Of a DNA stretch of 64,000 bases, positions 29,255-38,483 are shown one piece after another. The first letter of the stretch is position 1; every line of letters starts with the position of its first letter. A program made the translations under genes and the position numbers. The notes beneath the pieces were generated by a model, which worked only from the letters and a program-made list of their open reading frames with translations, did no database searches and was not told the DNA's origin. The DNA comes from a virus, in the IMG/VR virus record IMGVR_UViG_3300024581_003939, positions 3,513-67,512 of that record; one strand, written 5' to 3'.

Positions 29255-29425
29255 TTAATTAATAATGACTGAAGAGATGTGCCACTCTTCAATCTTCCCT
29301 CTTGTCAGTACTCTTAGATACCCTGGATGATGAGGATTTTGATTTACGACTAGTCCTATTACTCTTTGTCTTCTGTGACTTACTAGTTTTCCTAGTAGGC
29401 TTTTTGGCTTTGTCTTCTTTAACAT
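29255..29425 (-). CDS. possible SH3-like small protein overlapping the next ORF
   Basis: LLGKLVSHRRQRVIGLVV...LRVLTRGKIEEWHIS. Confidence 0.35.
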   Translation of the reverse strand: MLKKTKPKSLLGKLVSHRRQRVIGLVVNQNPHHPGYLRVLTRGKIEEWHISSVIIN

Positions 29426-29591
29426 TCGATGATTTATTAACCAGATTAAATTGTTCTTCGCTGACAGGAACAAACTTTCTTTTTTCACAGTATTCTATGA
29501 ATTCATTGAATGAAGTTAACTTATTTTTATTAATAAATTCACGCAAAGTAGTCTTATTCTTTTCAAGCATTAACTCTAATTTTATTTTCAT
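29289..29591 (-). CDS. hypothetical protein with Lys/Ser-rich tail
   Basis: 100-aa ORF, GGAG RBS. Confidence 0.55.
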   Translation of the reverse strand: MKIKLELMLEKNKTTLREFINKNKLTSFNEFIEYCEKRKFVPVSEEQFNLVNKSSNVKEDKAKKPTRKTSKSQKTKSNRTSRKSKSSSSRVSKSTDKRED

Positions 29592-29851
29592 TAATGTTCT
29601 CCTTCGTCACTATCTAAGTATCTATCCGCTTCCAAAGATTCTTCTTTAAATAAATCAGCAATAATATCATGTGTTTGCTGTCCATAGTTTAAGAGAATAT
29701 CTGTTAGCAACTCTTCCGGCCCAATATTTGAATTAATTGCGTCATTAAAGTATACTAAAAAAGCCTGAAGGAGATCTTCATCCCACTCCAGACTTTCTAA
29801 AAGCGCTGTGTTAAATCTAATATTGTTTATGACAGCAAACTTATCTATCAT
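29591..29851 (-). CDS. hypothetical acidic protein
   Basis: 86-aa ORF with ATGA coupling. Confidence 0.6.
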   Translation of the reverse strand: MIDKFAVINNIRFNTALLESLEWDEDLLQAFLVYFNDAINSNIGPEELLTDILLNYGQQTHDIIADLFKEESLEADRYLDSDEGEH

Positions 29852-30141
29852 TTTTTAATACCAGAACTTAATTCATCCATGAAGTCTCTGATTGTTTCTT
29901 GAAATTCTGGATTGATTGCAATTTTCTTAAGCTTCTTTTGGTCCATTTCTACATCGTAAAGATCAGTAACCTCAGATGCAATCTTCATTAAAGCACGAAC
30001 ATATAGGTTGCGAGCTGTAGAATGATTCATCTTAAAACCTTGATCGTTAAGTTCATCTGCAATTTGATGATAAGTCATGCCGTCAAATTGTTTTGATGTT
30101 CCGTATCCGTTTTCTGATTTAAATCCTTTAGGCATTGCCAT
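29848..30141 (-). CDS. sigma region-4.2-like HTH protein
   Basis: MTYHQIADEL...MNHSTARNLYVRALMKI; AGGAG RBS. Confidence 0.6.
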   Translation of the reverse strand: MAMPKGFKSENGYGTSKQFDGMTYHQIADELNDQGFKMNHSTARNLYVRALMKIASEVTDLYDVEMDQKKLKKIAINPEFQETIRDFMDELSSGIKK

Positions 30142-30904
30142 TGTTGTCTCCTGCGTTGGTGTTGTTTTCTTCTACGTTATAAATATGTTTGTCATCTTCT
30201 AAGATTTCGTCTAATCCAAAACGAAGTCTTAAAACTAGCTCTTCTCTTTTCGACAAAGAAGATAATGCCTTAACAATTTTTTGTCGAATTAGCTGATTAT
30301 CAAGAATTGTTTCAATGTTTGTAGATGAGTTATCAGGAATAATATCACCTAATGTACGTGCTCCGTCTTCACCTACTTGTTGGTCAATCGATGAAATATT
30401 TCTACTTCTAATAGATGACATTGCCATTCTTACGTGTTTCTCTGTAATATCCAAGACGTCACAAATTTCTTCGATTGTTGGTTCTGTTCCGAACTCTTCC
30501 ATGTAGTCTTGCTTAAGTTGCCAAATCTTTCGTGCATTTGCAAGAGTATGAGAAGGTACTTTAAGGATAGTGCTATTAGAAGTAAGACTACGTGTTACAG
30601 CTTGTTTGATCCACCATGATGCGTAAGTAGAAAATTTAAATCCACGTCGCCAATCAAATTTTTCAACAGCTTTCATAAGGCCAATGTTTGACTCTTGAAT
30701 CAAATCTTCAAGTGTGGATCCGTATTTTGCGTACTGCTTCGCAATAGAAATTGCTAAACGAAGATTAGACTCAATCATCTTATCACGTGCACGCTTGTCA
30801 CCTAGCTCAATTCTTTTTGCTAATTCTACTTCCTGCTCGCGCGTAAGAAGTGTTGTTCTGTTTCGTATATCTCGAAAATAAGTTTCAAGAACTGAACTTT
30901 CCAT
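30128..30904 (-). CDS. RpoD/RpoS-like sigma-70 factor lacking region 4.2
   Basis: NLRLAISIAKQY, DLIQESNIGLMKAVEKFD, FKFSTYASWWIKQAV; ends soon after LSKREELVLRLRFGL. Confidence 0.9.
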   Translation of the reverse strand: MESSVLETYFRDIRNRTTLLTREQEVELAKRIELGDKRARDKMIESNLRLAISIAKQYAKYGSTLEDLIQESNIGLMKAVEKFDWRRGFKFSTYASWWIKQAVTRSLTSNSTILKVPSHTLANARKIWQLKQDYMEEFGTEPTIEEICDVLDITEKHVRMAMSSIRSRNISSIDQQVGEDGARTLGDIIPDNSSTNIETILDNQLIRQKIVKALSSLSKREELVLRLRFGLDEILEDDKHIYNVEENNTNAGDNNGNA

Positions 30905-30957
30905 AAAGCCTCCAATTTTTAATCTTTAATTTTTAGTAGTTGTTTTGCTATGTTTAT

Positions 30958-30986
30958 ATTATAAACAAAAAATGCGTGCGTTACAC
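30958..30986 (-). promoter_or_regulatory. sigma-gene promoter GTGTAA-N17-TATAAT
   Basis: -35 at 30981-30986, -10 at 30958-30963; overlaps the hsp20 terminator. Confidence 0.65.
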
Positions 30987-31004
30987 TTTTGCATACGCAC
31001 GCAT
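30967..31004 (-). terminator. intrinsic terminator after hsp20
   Basis: perfect 10-bp inverted repeat ATGCGTGCGT/ACGCACGCAT followed by a T-run. Confidence 0.8.
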
Positions 31005-31022
31005 ATTACTAATAGTAACTAA

Positions 31023-31418
31023 TTAGTTAATAGTAATTTTTTTAGTTTGTGGTTTTCGCTCTTCAAGAAGAGGAATTGAGATCGATAGCACACCTGAATT
31101 ATAAGATGCATCGATTGCGTCAATATTTACATTCTTTGGAAGCGACCATGAACGTTCAAACTTAGTTGTTCGAATATATTCTTGATGAATATAATTTCGC
31201 TTTTTCGGGTTTGTTGAAACACCTTTGATGTACAGCACATTGTTGTCGATATCAATACTAAAATCGTCTCGAGAAAAACCGGGTAAATATAAATCGAAAA
31301 CATAGGATCCGTTTTCTTGATAAATGTTACAAGGTGTGTTTGTGCGTGTGTTTACTTTGGGTGTATAACCCATAAATGAATTAAAATATTTATCGTCAAA
31401 AAAGTCATTTAAAGACAT
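31023..31418 (-). CDS. Hsp20/alpha-crystallin small heat-shock protein
   Basis: LYLPGFSRDD...FERSWSLP...IDASYNSGVLSISIP; ATG at 31418 after AAGGAG. Confidence 0.9.
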   Translation of the reverse strand: MSLNDFFDDKYFNSFMGYTPKVNTRTNTPCNIYQENGSYVFDLYLPGFSRDDFSIDIDNNVLYIKGVSTNPKKRNYIHQEYIRTTKFERSWSLPKNVNIDAIDASYNSGVLSISIPLLEERKPQTKKITIN

Positions 31419-31501
31419 AATGATATTTCTCCTTACATAAATAGTATATTTTGCTACGAAAGTAGCATACAAAATTTATAATGTGTTAAAGAAATTTACA
31501 A

Positions 31502-31831
31502 TTAAAAAATCAATTTTTTTCCATTCATTAAAATATTTCTTTTATTAAAAGAGACAACTGCTACTGTTTTGACACCCGGTAGCTTCTTTACTAATCTAGA
31601 CATGTCTTCTAGACTCTTATATATCTCATCTGATTCAGGTAGGAACTTAATACTGAGTAGTAAAGATCCGTCACCGTCAGAGAAGCGTGCAACTTTATCT
31701 TTTTGCCCGACAACAGCAATGCCGGGAAGAATACGGATTCGAGTCATTAAGTCTGGAACATGGGTCTCGTTTTCAATTTTAAGATTAACGACAGCTGCTG
31801 CCAATTTTCTTTGTAATTTATAATCCTGCAT
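31502..31831 (-). CDS. hypothetical protein (ferredoxin-like fold suspected)
   Basis: two IRILPGI / VKKLPGV repeats. Confidence 0.55.
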   Translation of the reverse strand: MQDYKLQRKLAAAVVNLKIENETHVPDLMTRIRILPGIAVVGQKDKVARFSDGDGSLLLSIKFLPESDEIYKSLEDMSRLVKKLPGVKTVAVVSFNKRNILMNGKKLIF

Positions 31832-31861
31832 TTATATTCTCTCCCGACATTATATCTTTAA

Positions 31862-33475
31862 TTATTCTTTAATTTCTGTTTTGACTTCAATTAAAGAACA
31901 ATCTGCAGATAAAAGCATAGTTGCAGCACTGACCGCATTCTCTAAGGCACAACGCGATACTTTTGCAGGGTCGATTACTCCAAGTTCAAACATGTCACCA
32001 AACTGTTTGTTACGGACGTCATATCCAACATTCGTATCATTTTCTGATTCTTTCTGTATGTTTGTTAAGATATTATGATGAGATAATCCAGCGTTTCTTA
32101 GAATTTGTCGGAACGGCTCTTTACATGCTGATATTAAAAGATCATGACCGGCAATTAAATCTTTGTCCATGTTTTCATAGTCAACTTGATTTTCATGCAT
32201 TGACGCAAACTGATAAAGCGCAATACCACCGCCGGGCAATACGCCTTCTTCCAACGCAGCACGTGTCGCATGTAAAGCATCATCCACGCGATCATATCGC
32301 TCAATTAGCTCTGATTCAGTTGCTGCACCAACCCTTAAAATAGCAATACCACCAGAGAGTTGCTGCAACCTGTATTTAAGTAGAAGCTTTTCATTGTCAG
32401 ATAGTCCAGGATAAGAAAGTGTCTCTTTGATTACTTTCATTCTCTCTTCTGATTCGGAGTTATCTTGATCAGCATTGCGAACAATGAGTGTTTTGCTTTT
32501 ATGAATAATGATTTTTTTACAAGTTCCAAACATTTCCATCTCGAAAGAAGACATGTCAAATCCTGCGTCTAAAACACTTCCTCCGATAATAGTTTGCAAG
32601 TCTAGCAAAAGATCATGTCTTGCTCCGCCAAACCCGGGTGATTTAATAGCAGCAATTTGCAAAGTCCCTTTAACGCGATTAAGGACTAGGCCTTGCATTG
32701 CGTCGCCTTCGATTTCGTTAGCAATAACAACAATAGGCCGCCCTGTGTCTAAGGCAACTTCCAGAGGTTTCATCAACTCTCTAATTGAGTTAAAGTTTCT
32801 ATCCGCCATTAAAATAAGTGGGTTTTTAAACTCAGCAACCATTTTGTTCTTATCTGTAACAAAATAGGGAGACAAAAACCCACGTTCCATTTGAAAACCA
32901 TCAACAACTGTCAAAGAACTGTCAAAACCTTTTGCTTCTTCAACCAAGACGTGACCATCTGGTCCAGCAGCTTCAATTGCTGAAACAATCAGTTTCGCAA
33001 TTTCTTCTTCGCCATTTGCAGAAATTGTGGCGACTTTAAGTAAATCTCCAGTCCCATCAACTTCCATAGAGAATTTTCTGATCATGCTAACGATATCACG
33101 CTTAGCTAATTCAATTCCTTCTTTTAATTGTTCAATATCAAACCCAGCAGTCTTATAACGTAATCCCTCATTATAGATGAATTGAGATAAAACAGTTGCT
33201 GTCGTTGTACCGTCACCTGCTTCTTCAGCAGTTCGACTAGCTGACTCTTTAAGGACTTGAACACCTAGATTTTCTACTTCATCTACTAAATTAATTGATT
33301 GTGCAACTGTAACACCATCTTTGGTCACAATAGGATGGCGTCCTTCTCTGTTAATTAAGACCAACTTGCCTTTCGGGCCCATTGTTACTTTTACAGCGTT
33401 TGCTAATTTATCAATTCCTTTCTTAAGTTTCAAATCTAATTCTTGACCAGAATAAATCTCTCTTTTGATTTCCAT
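31862..33475 (-). CDS. groEL: group I chaperonin
   Basis: TMGPKG, TKDGVTVA, GDGTTTAT, GGG motif, VIDPAKV; no GGM tail. Confidence 0.95.
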   Translation of the reverse strand: MEIKREIYSGQELDLKLKKGIDKLANAVKVTMGPKGKLVLINREGRHPIVTKDGVTVAQSINLVDEVENLGVQVLKESASRTAEEAGDGTTTATVLSQFIYNEGLRYKTAGFDIEQLKEGIELAKRDIVSMIRKFSMEVDGTGDLLKVATISANGEEEIAKLIVSAIEAAGPDGHVLVEEAKGFDSSLTVVDGFQMERGFLSPYFVTDKNKMVAEFKNPLILMADRNFNSIRELMKPLEVALDTGRPIVVIANEIEGDAMQGLVLNRVKGTLQIAAIKSPGFGGARHDLLLDLQTIIGGSVLDAGFDMSSFEMEMFGTCKKIIIHKSKTLIVRNADQDNSESEERMKVIKETLSYPGLSDNEKLLLKYRLQQLSGGIAILRVGAATESELIERYDRVDDALHATRAALEEGVLPGGGIALYQFASMHENQVDYENMDKDLIAGHDLLISACKEPFRQILRNAGLSHHNILTNIQKESENDTNVGYDVRNKQFGDMFELGVIDPAKVSRCALENAVSAATMLLSADCSLIEVKTEIKE

Positions 33476-33476
33476 G

Positions 33477-33698
33477 TTACCCCTTTAATAAACCCCCAGT
33501 GTTTCTTCTCGGGGGTGTTGTGTTATTCTGTTGATTCATTAGCGATTCAACTAGATGATGATCGATGTTAATAATTCTACGTTGCTGATCAACAACGTTA
33601 ACAGCAACATAAAGATCACCCTCTTTTTTTGCAACTTCATTAACTGTTATTGTATTAATGCTTCTTAGATGATTTTGAACGTTGTCCGGTAAATACAT
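33477..33698 (-). CDS. hypothetical protein
   Basis: ATG after GGAGG; MYLPDNVQNHLRS. Confidence 0.6.
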   Translation of the reverse strand: MYLPDNVQNHLRSINTITVNEVAKKEGDLYVAVNVVDQQRRIINIDHHLVESLMNQQNNTTPPRRNTGGLLKG

Positions 33699-34495
33699 TA
33701 TAATCCTCCAAATGTTTGAACGTATTTGTTCCAAGTTTTTTCTTTGAGCATGGACTTAAAGTCCATTTCATCGAATATGTCATAAAGCTCTTCAAAGTCT
33801 GCAACACCTTCATGCTTTTCCATTTCTTCCATGTTATCAGAGAAGTCGACAAGGCGGATTAGATGAACATTACGCTCAAATATCTGTTGTCTAATAGGGT
33901 CTTTTGCAAAGTACTCAGAAAGTAACTCTGGAGAACGCACCAGTTTGTCTGCTGTTTTATCACCACAACCTGGGATGCCGGCAATATTATCAGTTGCATC
34001 TCCTCGTAACGCTTTCCAAGTTACGTAATCATAGTCAGGTGTCTCAATCATTTTCTTTTTTACTGGATTGTAAATGTCACAGTTATCAAACACATTTAAC
34101 AATTGATAAAAATCAGAATCAGAAGAAATAATCGTGCAATCATCCCCAGCATCACAATGTTGCTTCACCAAAGTCGCAATCGTATCATCACATTCTAACT
34201 TAGGATGACGAACAGTTGTAATAGGAAAACATGCCTTAACAATAGAAATAATTTGTGCTTTTTGCTCATGAAAGTGTCTATCGTTATTTGAACGATTTGC
34301 CTTGTAAGCGTCATTTAGCTGCATTCTAAACTCTGGATTCCCCTCCAAGACAAAATAAACTTTGTCAGGTGAGAACTTTTCTACAAGAGGACGTAAGCCT
34401 CGAAAAAAGTTGTACACAACGGGATAGTCTCCTTTGAGATATCCGCTTCGTGCACGATAAATTAAGTTATATGCGTCTAATAAAAGTACTTTCAC
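33698..34495 (-). CDS. 5'-3' exonuclease / flap endonuclease (Pol I N-terminal, T4 RNase H-like)
   Basis: LLDAYNL, ECDD, SSDSDF, GDATDNIAGIPGCGDKTA. Confidence 0.9.
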   Translation of the reverse strand: MKVLLLDAYNLIYRARSGYLKGDYPVVYNFFRGLRPLVEKFSPDKVYFVLEGNPEFRMQLNDAYKANRSNNDRHFHEQKAQIISIVKACFPITTVRHPKLECDDTIATLVKQHCDAGDDCTIISSDSDFYQLLNVFDNCDIYNPVKKKMIETPDYDYVTWKALRGDATDNIAGIPGCGDKTADKLVRSPELLSEYFAKDPIRQQIFERNVHLIRLVDFSDNMEEMEKHEGVADFEELYDIFDEMDFKSMLKEKTWNKYVQTFGGL

Positions 34496-34950
34496 TGAGG
34501 AACTCCTGCGTTTTTTAGAGAATCAACTGACATTTTGCCGAATTTTCCATTCCCTAGGTCTACTTTTATTATATCTCTTTCTTTTTCTGGTTGCACTTTT
34601 ACATCATTAACATCATTCTTTTGATCTTCTTTGTCTTGTTTTACTGGAGTTTCTACATGACTGTGACTAAAGGCGTCGCTTGCGATTAACCCTGCTTGTT
34701 TAATCATTTCATTAATTGCATTTTTTGCATTGGCAACCATGTGGTTTCTGACTTCGTCCGTGCTTTTAAAAATCTGACCTTTGATTTTTTTGATATCTAC
34801 AGAAGAAGACTTACCATCCGGGAGTTTAATAATGTAAGTTTTTTCTTTTCCGTGAATCGTTGTTCTTATTACTTCTTCGTAGACTTGAATGGGCAATACT
34901 TTGTTACCCGACATTAAATACAAAATTTGCCCAACCTGATATGAATCCAT
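34492..34950 (-). CDS. hypothetical protein
   Basis: 152-aa ORF, GAGG RBS. Confidence 0.6.
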   Translation of the reverse strand: MDSYQVGQILYLMSGNKVLPIQVYEEVIRTTIHGKEKTYIIKLPDGKSSSVDIKKIKGQIFKSTDEVRNHMVANAKNAINEMIKQAGLIASDAFSHSHVETPVKQDKEDQKNDVNDVKVQPEKERDIIKVDLGNGKFGKMSVDSLKNAGVPQ

Positions 34951-35028
34951 TTTTCACCTCTGTGTTTTTAATGTATTCTATACTAGGATTGGGCAAATTT
35001 ATAATAATAAATTGTGTATATTTATTTG

Positions 35029-35538
35029 TTACCGCTTAAAGCCGAAACCAGGAAGAAAACTTCCTTGATGTGTGTAGCCTTTTTTACTTCTAGTAGGCTT
35101 TTTGCTACCGTAAACCCATTGACCAGAGATCTGCATTTCGTCAAAAACGTTTTGAACTTCTTCGTCAATAACTTGTCTAAGTTGTGCTTCAAACATCTTT
35201 TGCTTTCTTTCACGACGCTTAGACTCAGCTAATTGTTTTCTTCGCTTGTTTTCTTGCATAATTCTCTTAGCACGACGCAATTCTTGAACGAGCATGACTT
35301 CGTCAATTTCAATCATCTCATCCATGTCATCTTCGTCGTCTTCTTCATTCATGAAGGCAATATCAGCCATTTCGCTCATGTCGTCTTCTTCATCCATTCC
35401 GCATGAAGCACCTTCTTCCATTTCTTCCATTTCAGCAACTTCTTCTTCTTGATGTTTCCCTTCATTTAAAGAGCGACGAGAAGAATGATCTTCTGGAAGT
35501 CCGGCTAATTTACTTAATCTATTGAAATTAATACGCAT
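35029..35538 (-). CDS. acidic/coiled-coil protein (scaffold or core-like)
   Basis: acidic centre; SLNE, LAE and MFE sites; QLRQVIDEE. Confidence 0.6.
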   Translation of the reverse strand: MRINFNRLSKLAGLPEDHSSRRSLNEGKHQEEEVAEMEEMEEGASCGMDEEDDMSEMADIAFMNEEDDEDDMDEMIEIDEVMLVQELRRAKRIMQENKRRKQLAESKRRERKQKMFEAQLRQVIDEEVQNVFDEMQISGQWVYGSKKPTRSKKGYTHQGSFLPGFGFKR

Positions 35539-35588
35539 GTGTATTCCTCCACAAATTTATTATCACATTATAAGTATCTCTAAAAACT

Positions 35589-35948
35589 TTAATTATTATC
35601 TTTAGTGATATTTTTTCTAATGTTTTCAGTTATTTTTGCGCCTGCAGCAGCTGCTTCTCGCAAAGGCTGTAGTCCTAAACATTTTCTGACTTTGTTGTAT
35701 GTGTCTTCGTCTAGTCCGCTTTTTAAAACAGCCATATCAGCATATTGGTGCAAATCCATCTCCATGATAGGGACGGGATCACCCACTTCGTTAGGCTCCA
35801 TTTCTCCTGTCTCTCTACTCTCAAATATAAAAAGCATATTAGGCATTAGTTCACCGTTAGGAACCATAATAAATGGAATATTTCCGCTGACTCCATCGTC
35901 ACTTTCTTCATACATGATTTCAGGAATCCAATTGTTTTTATTGCTCAT
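35589..35948 (-). CDS. hypothetical protein
   Basis: 119-aa ORF, GAGGT RBS. Confidence 0.6.
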   Translation of the reverse strand: MSNKNNWIPEIMYEESDDGVSGNIPFIMVPNGELMPNMLFIFESRETGEMEPNEVGDPVPIMEMDLHQYADMAVLKSGLDEDTYNKVRKCLGLQPLREAAAAGAKITENIRKNITKDNN

Positions 35949-36001
35949 ACATCACCTCGTTTAAAACATATAATTTTATTTTAAACAATCGATTTGTTAA
36001 C

Positions 36002-37045
36002 TTAAAATCCAAATCGATTAGTAATTCCTGTCTTAGACATTAAATCATCAATTGTATCATCAAGAAAGTCTTTAGCACTACTAGGTGAGCCGAAACTATT
36101 CTTAAGATGAGGTGTTAGGGCTTCTAAGACTTGATCTAGTTTTGTAGCACGACGCGGATCTTCTTCAGGTTTTATTGAAACGTTTCGTCGCATAATATTC
36201 ATTATCGAAGAAAAACTATCTGAGTTTTCTTTAATTCCTGCTTTTAAAGATGAAAGCTTGTCTTTAGCTGTCGATATATCAGCATCGACATCATTTGCAA
36301 ATTTTACATATTCTCTATTAGCAAATATCTCAAACATATCTAGTTCAAAGCTGTCTAGATTCATTTCTTTTACATCATCATTATCTTGCAAGCTGCGTCT
36401 AGTTGAAGAATCAACAATGTCATTTGAAACTAAATTATCAGAAAATAGTTTTGCAAAGGAATTTTCAGGAACAGAAATTGAATTATCTTCGTCTTCTTTG
36501 TTATTATCTATATTGTTATTGTTATCGTTTTTGTCTATTCCCTTACGTGCTGCTTCAACGTCAAATTTGGCTCCAAAAAATGCAGCAATTGCAGCCAGAA
36601 AGTCTATTACAAATGTCTTAATCGCATCACAATCATTTTTTGTAAGTCCAAGTGCTGACGATGCTAAAAATCCAGCACCCATACCTAGTAGTTCAAGAGC
36701 AGGATGTGCTGCCAAATCTTTAAAAATTCTATTTGAGAGCGATCTTTCTTCGAGATCTTTGAGTTTTTCCTCTGGGCTTTTAAAAAAACTAAAAAAGGAA
36801 TTTCCACTCTTGGCAGCATCTTTTTCTTTGGCTATAGCTTTCTTTAATTTTTCTTTACTATTTTCTCTAATAGCTTCTGAAAAATTCCAAAATGCTGCAG
36901 GAATTCCACTTAAGTCACAGAATTCTGTTGTTGAGCCTCCTGATATCTTCCCCATTCTAAACTCATTGAGTTGGGATGATTCCAGTTCTCGTTTAAGAAG
37001 TTTTCTTCTAATCTCTCTTCTTAACTGTTCTTCTTTTATTATCAT
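36002..37045 (-). CDS. hypothetical protein with leader ending QLNE
   Basis: MIIKEEQLRREIRRKLL...QLNE. Confidence 0.65.
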   Translation of the reverse strand: MIIKEEQLRREIRRKLLKRELESSQLNEFRMGKISGGSTTEFCDLSGIPAAFWNFSEAIRENSKEKLKKAIAKEKDAAKSGNSFFSFFKSPEEKLKDLEERSLSNRIFKDLAAHPALELLGMGAGFLASSALGLTKNDCDAIKTFVIDFLAAIAAFFGAKFDVEAARKGIDKNDNNNNIDNNKEDEDNSISVPENSFAKLFSDNLVSNDIVDSSTRRSLQDNDDVKEMNLDSFELDMFEIFANREYVKFANDVDADISTAKDKLSSLKAGIKENSDSFSSIMNIMRRNVSIKPEEDPRRATKLDQVLEALTPHLKNSFGSPSSAKDFLDDTIDDLMSKTGITNRFGF

Positions 37046-37740
37046 TAGATTCTCTTAAGTAAGTTTTTAAATTTTCTTCTAACTTCGCTTAAGTTTTGTC
37101 TTTCATTGACCTTGATTGGCGTTGGAGGAGCTGTATCTTCATCTTCCTCGCCGCCTGAAAAGTTAGTTTGAGGTTTAGATTTTTCTCTCTTTGGCTCGTC
37201 TTCGTCTTCGTGGTGAATTGATATATCAGCATTGACGGGGGCATCGCTAGGATCAATTGCTTCTGATCCGTCAATAGCTCCTCGAAGAATTCTAGAAAGC
37301 TCTCTTAAAAAGATATGCAGCACAGTTCTTTCATCTTCTTCTAGTCTGTCGTAATACTGAAGGAGTTCACCCTTAATTTCTTTGTCTTTAGTTGACCTAC
37401 CTGCTCGAAGTGTATTGATATTTTTGATTACACTGTCAAAAGATACACCAAATTCGTCAGTGTCACCTAGGGTTTCATCCTTAACAGAATCATCTTTTTC
37501 TTCAGCTTCTGGCTCTTCAGATGACATGACGCTCGATTCCTGATCTTCGTTTCCTGCTTCCTCGTCTTCTTCTGTGAGAGGTACACCATACATGCTTTCA
37601 CTCTTTTTTAAGTTTGACATATAACGATCTTGTGCTGTATCGCCTGACTCTTGAAGAACGCCTTTGGTTTTCTTAACAGATTCTTCTGATATAATTTTTA
37701 ATATGTCAAGCAATTGTCTTTCGTTGTTTACTTTAAGCAT
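37045..37740 (-). CDS. acidic hypothetical protein (core-like)
   Basis: ERQLLDILKIISEE...LQE; Glu/Asp-rich. Confidence 0.65.
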   Translation of the reverse strand: MLKVNNERQLLDILKIISEESVKKTKGVLQESGDTAQDRYMSNLKKSESMYGVPLTEEDEEAGNEDQESSVMSSEEPEAEEKDDSVKDETLGDTDEFGVSFDSVIKNINTLRAGRSTKDKEIKGELLQYYDRLEEDERTVLHIFLRELSRILRGAIDGSEAIDPSDAPVNADISIHHEDEDEPKREKSKPQTNFSGGEEDEDTAPPTPIKVNERQNLSEVRRKFKNLLKRI

Positions 37741-38101
37741 GATCGATCTCCGTTTCTTTTTTAATAATTATTCTTACAGCAAGAAAATTACTATTGATCT
37801 TGCTAAAGTTTGCTATTCTTATATCCCTGCAGTTAATTCCTAAGTACTTTAGATCCCAGACAAATATATCTAAGGTATCACAGGTCAGTAGATTGTGCAA
37901 GGTCTTGTAACTGTTTGTGTCAATCTTTAAGTCAACATTAATATCGTTAGAATCCATTTCAATATTGTCAATTTCTACAATATTGCCTTCTGAAACAATT
38001 GAAAGAGGTGGGTAATCGCTTACGTCATTGTAGATGCTAGCATCTTCAAGTTCCTTCTCAGTTATTTTACCTTTTAGACTTTTGCTAACAAAAAACGACA
38101 T
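37733..38101 (-). CDS. hypothetical protein
   Basis: MSFFVSKSLKGKI start just after the upstream stop. Confidence 0.6.
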   Translation of the reverse strand: MSFFVSKSLKGKITEKELEDASIYNDVSDYPPLSIVSEGNIVEIDNIEMDSNDINVDLKIDTNSYKTLHNLLTCDTLDIFVWDLKYLGINCRDIRIANFSKINSNFLAVRIIIKKETEIDHA

Positions 38102-38102
38102 T

Positions 38103-38483
38103 TTAGCCCTTACTTCTTTCAATTGATTCATTTATATCGTTAGCTAGATCATCGATGTCTTTAGCTAGTTTTGTATCAGCATAAGTTACATCATTTAAAT
38201 CTTTTGTATATAAAACGATTGTGATTCTTTTACCGTCAATAGTAATTACTGGATCATGACTGTATTTTTCGCCCAGATTCATAACTTCACTTATAAAGTA
38301 CTTTCTTACTTTAATATTTTCAAAGCTAAAGTCTTTTTTTATAAAAAACTTGTTAACATCTTCTAGGTGTTCCCAAGTTGCCTCAGCAACAGTTACAGGT
38401 GAATCAACCATTGTACTCTCATTTAAATTAAATATATTACCCTTAAACCGGTTATTGAATGCATTCTCTAACAGTCTGTTCAT
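38103..38483 (-). CDS. pterin-4a-carbinolamine dehydratase-like protein
   Basis: FISEVMNLGEKYSHDPVI...TKDLNDVTYADTKLAKDID; degenerate His motifs. Confidence 0.6.
   Translation of the reverse strand: MNRLLENAFNNRFKGNIFNLNESTMVDSPVTVAEATWEHLEDVNKFFIKKDFSFENIKVRKYFISEVMNLGEKYSHDPVITIDGKRITIVLYTKDLNDVTYADTKLAKDIDDLANDINESIERSKG

Noticed and set aside
30128-30141. Programmed frameshift joining the sigma and HTH ORFs
   Set aside because: No slippery heptamer was seen, and the HTH ORF has its own AGGAG-ATG. It is kept only as a test in the split-sigma finding.
31448-31475. CIRCE or ROSE heat-shock element before hsp20
   Set aside because: The TGCTAC-TTTC-GTAGCA repeat does not match CIRCE and does not pair with the SD.
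36258-37058. 266-aa plus-strand ORF, and the many other short antisense ORFs in the track
   Set aside because: They are Ser/Leu/Phe-rich mirrors of Lys/Glu-rich minus-strand genes, with no RBS or motifs.
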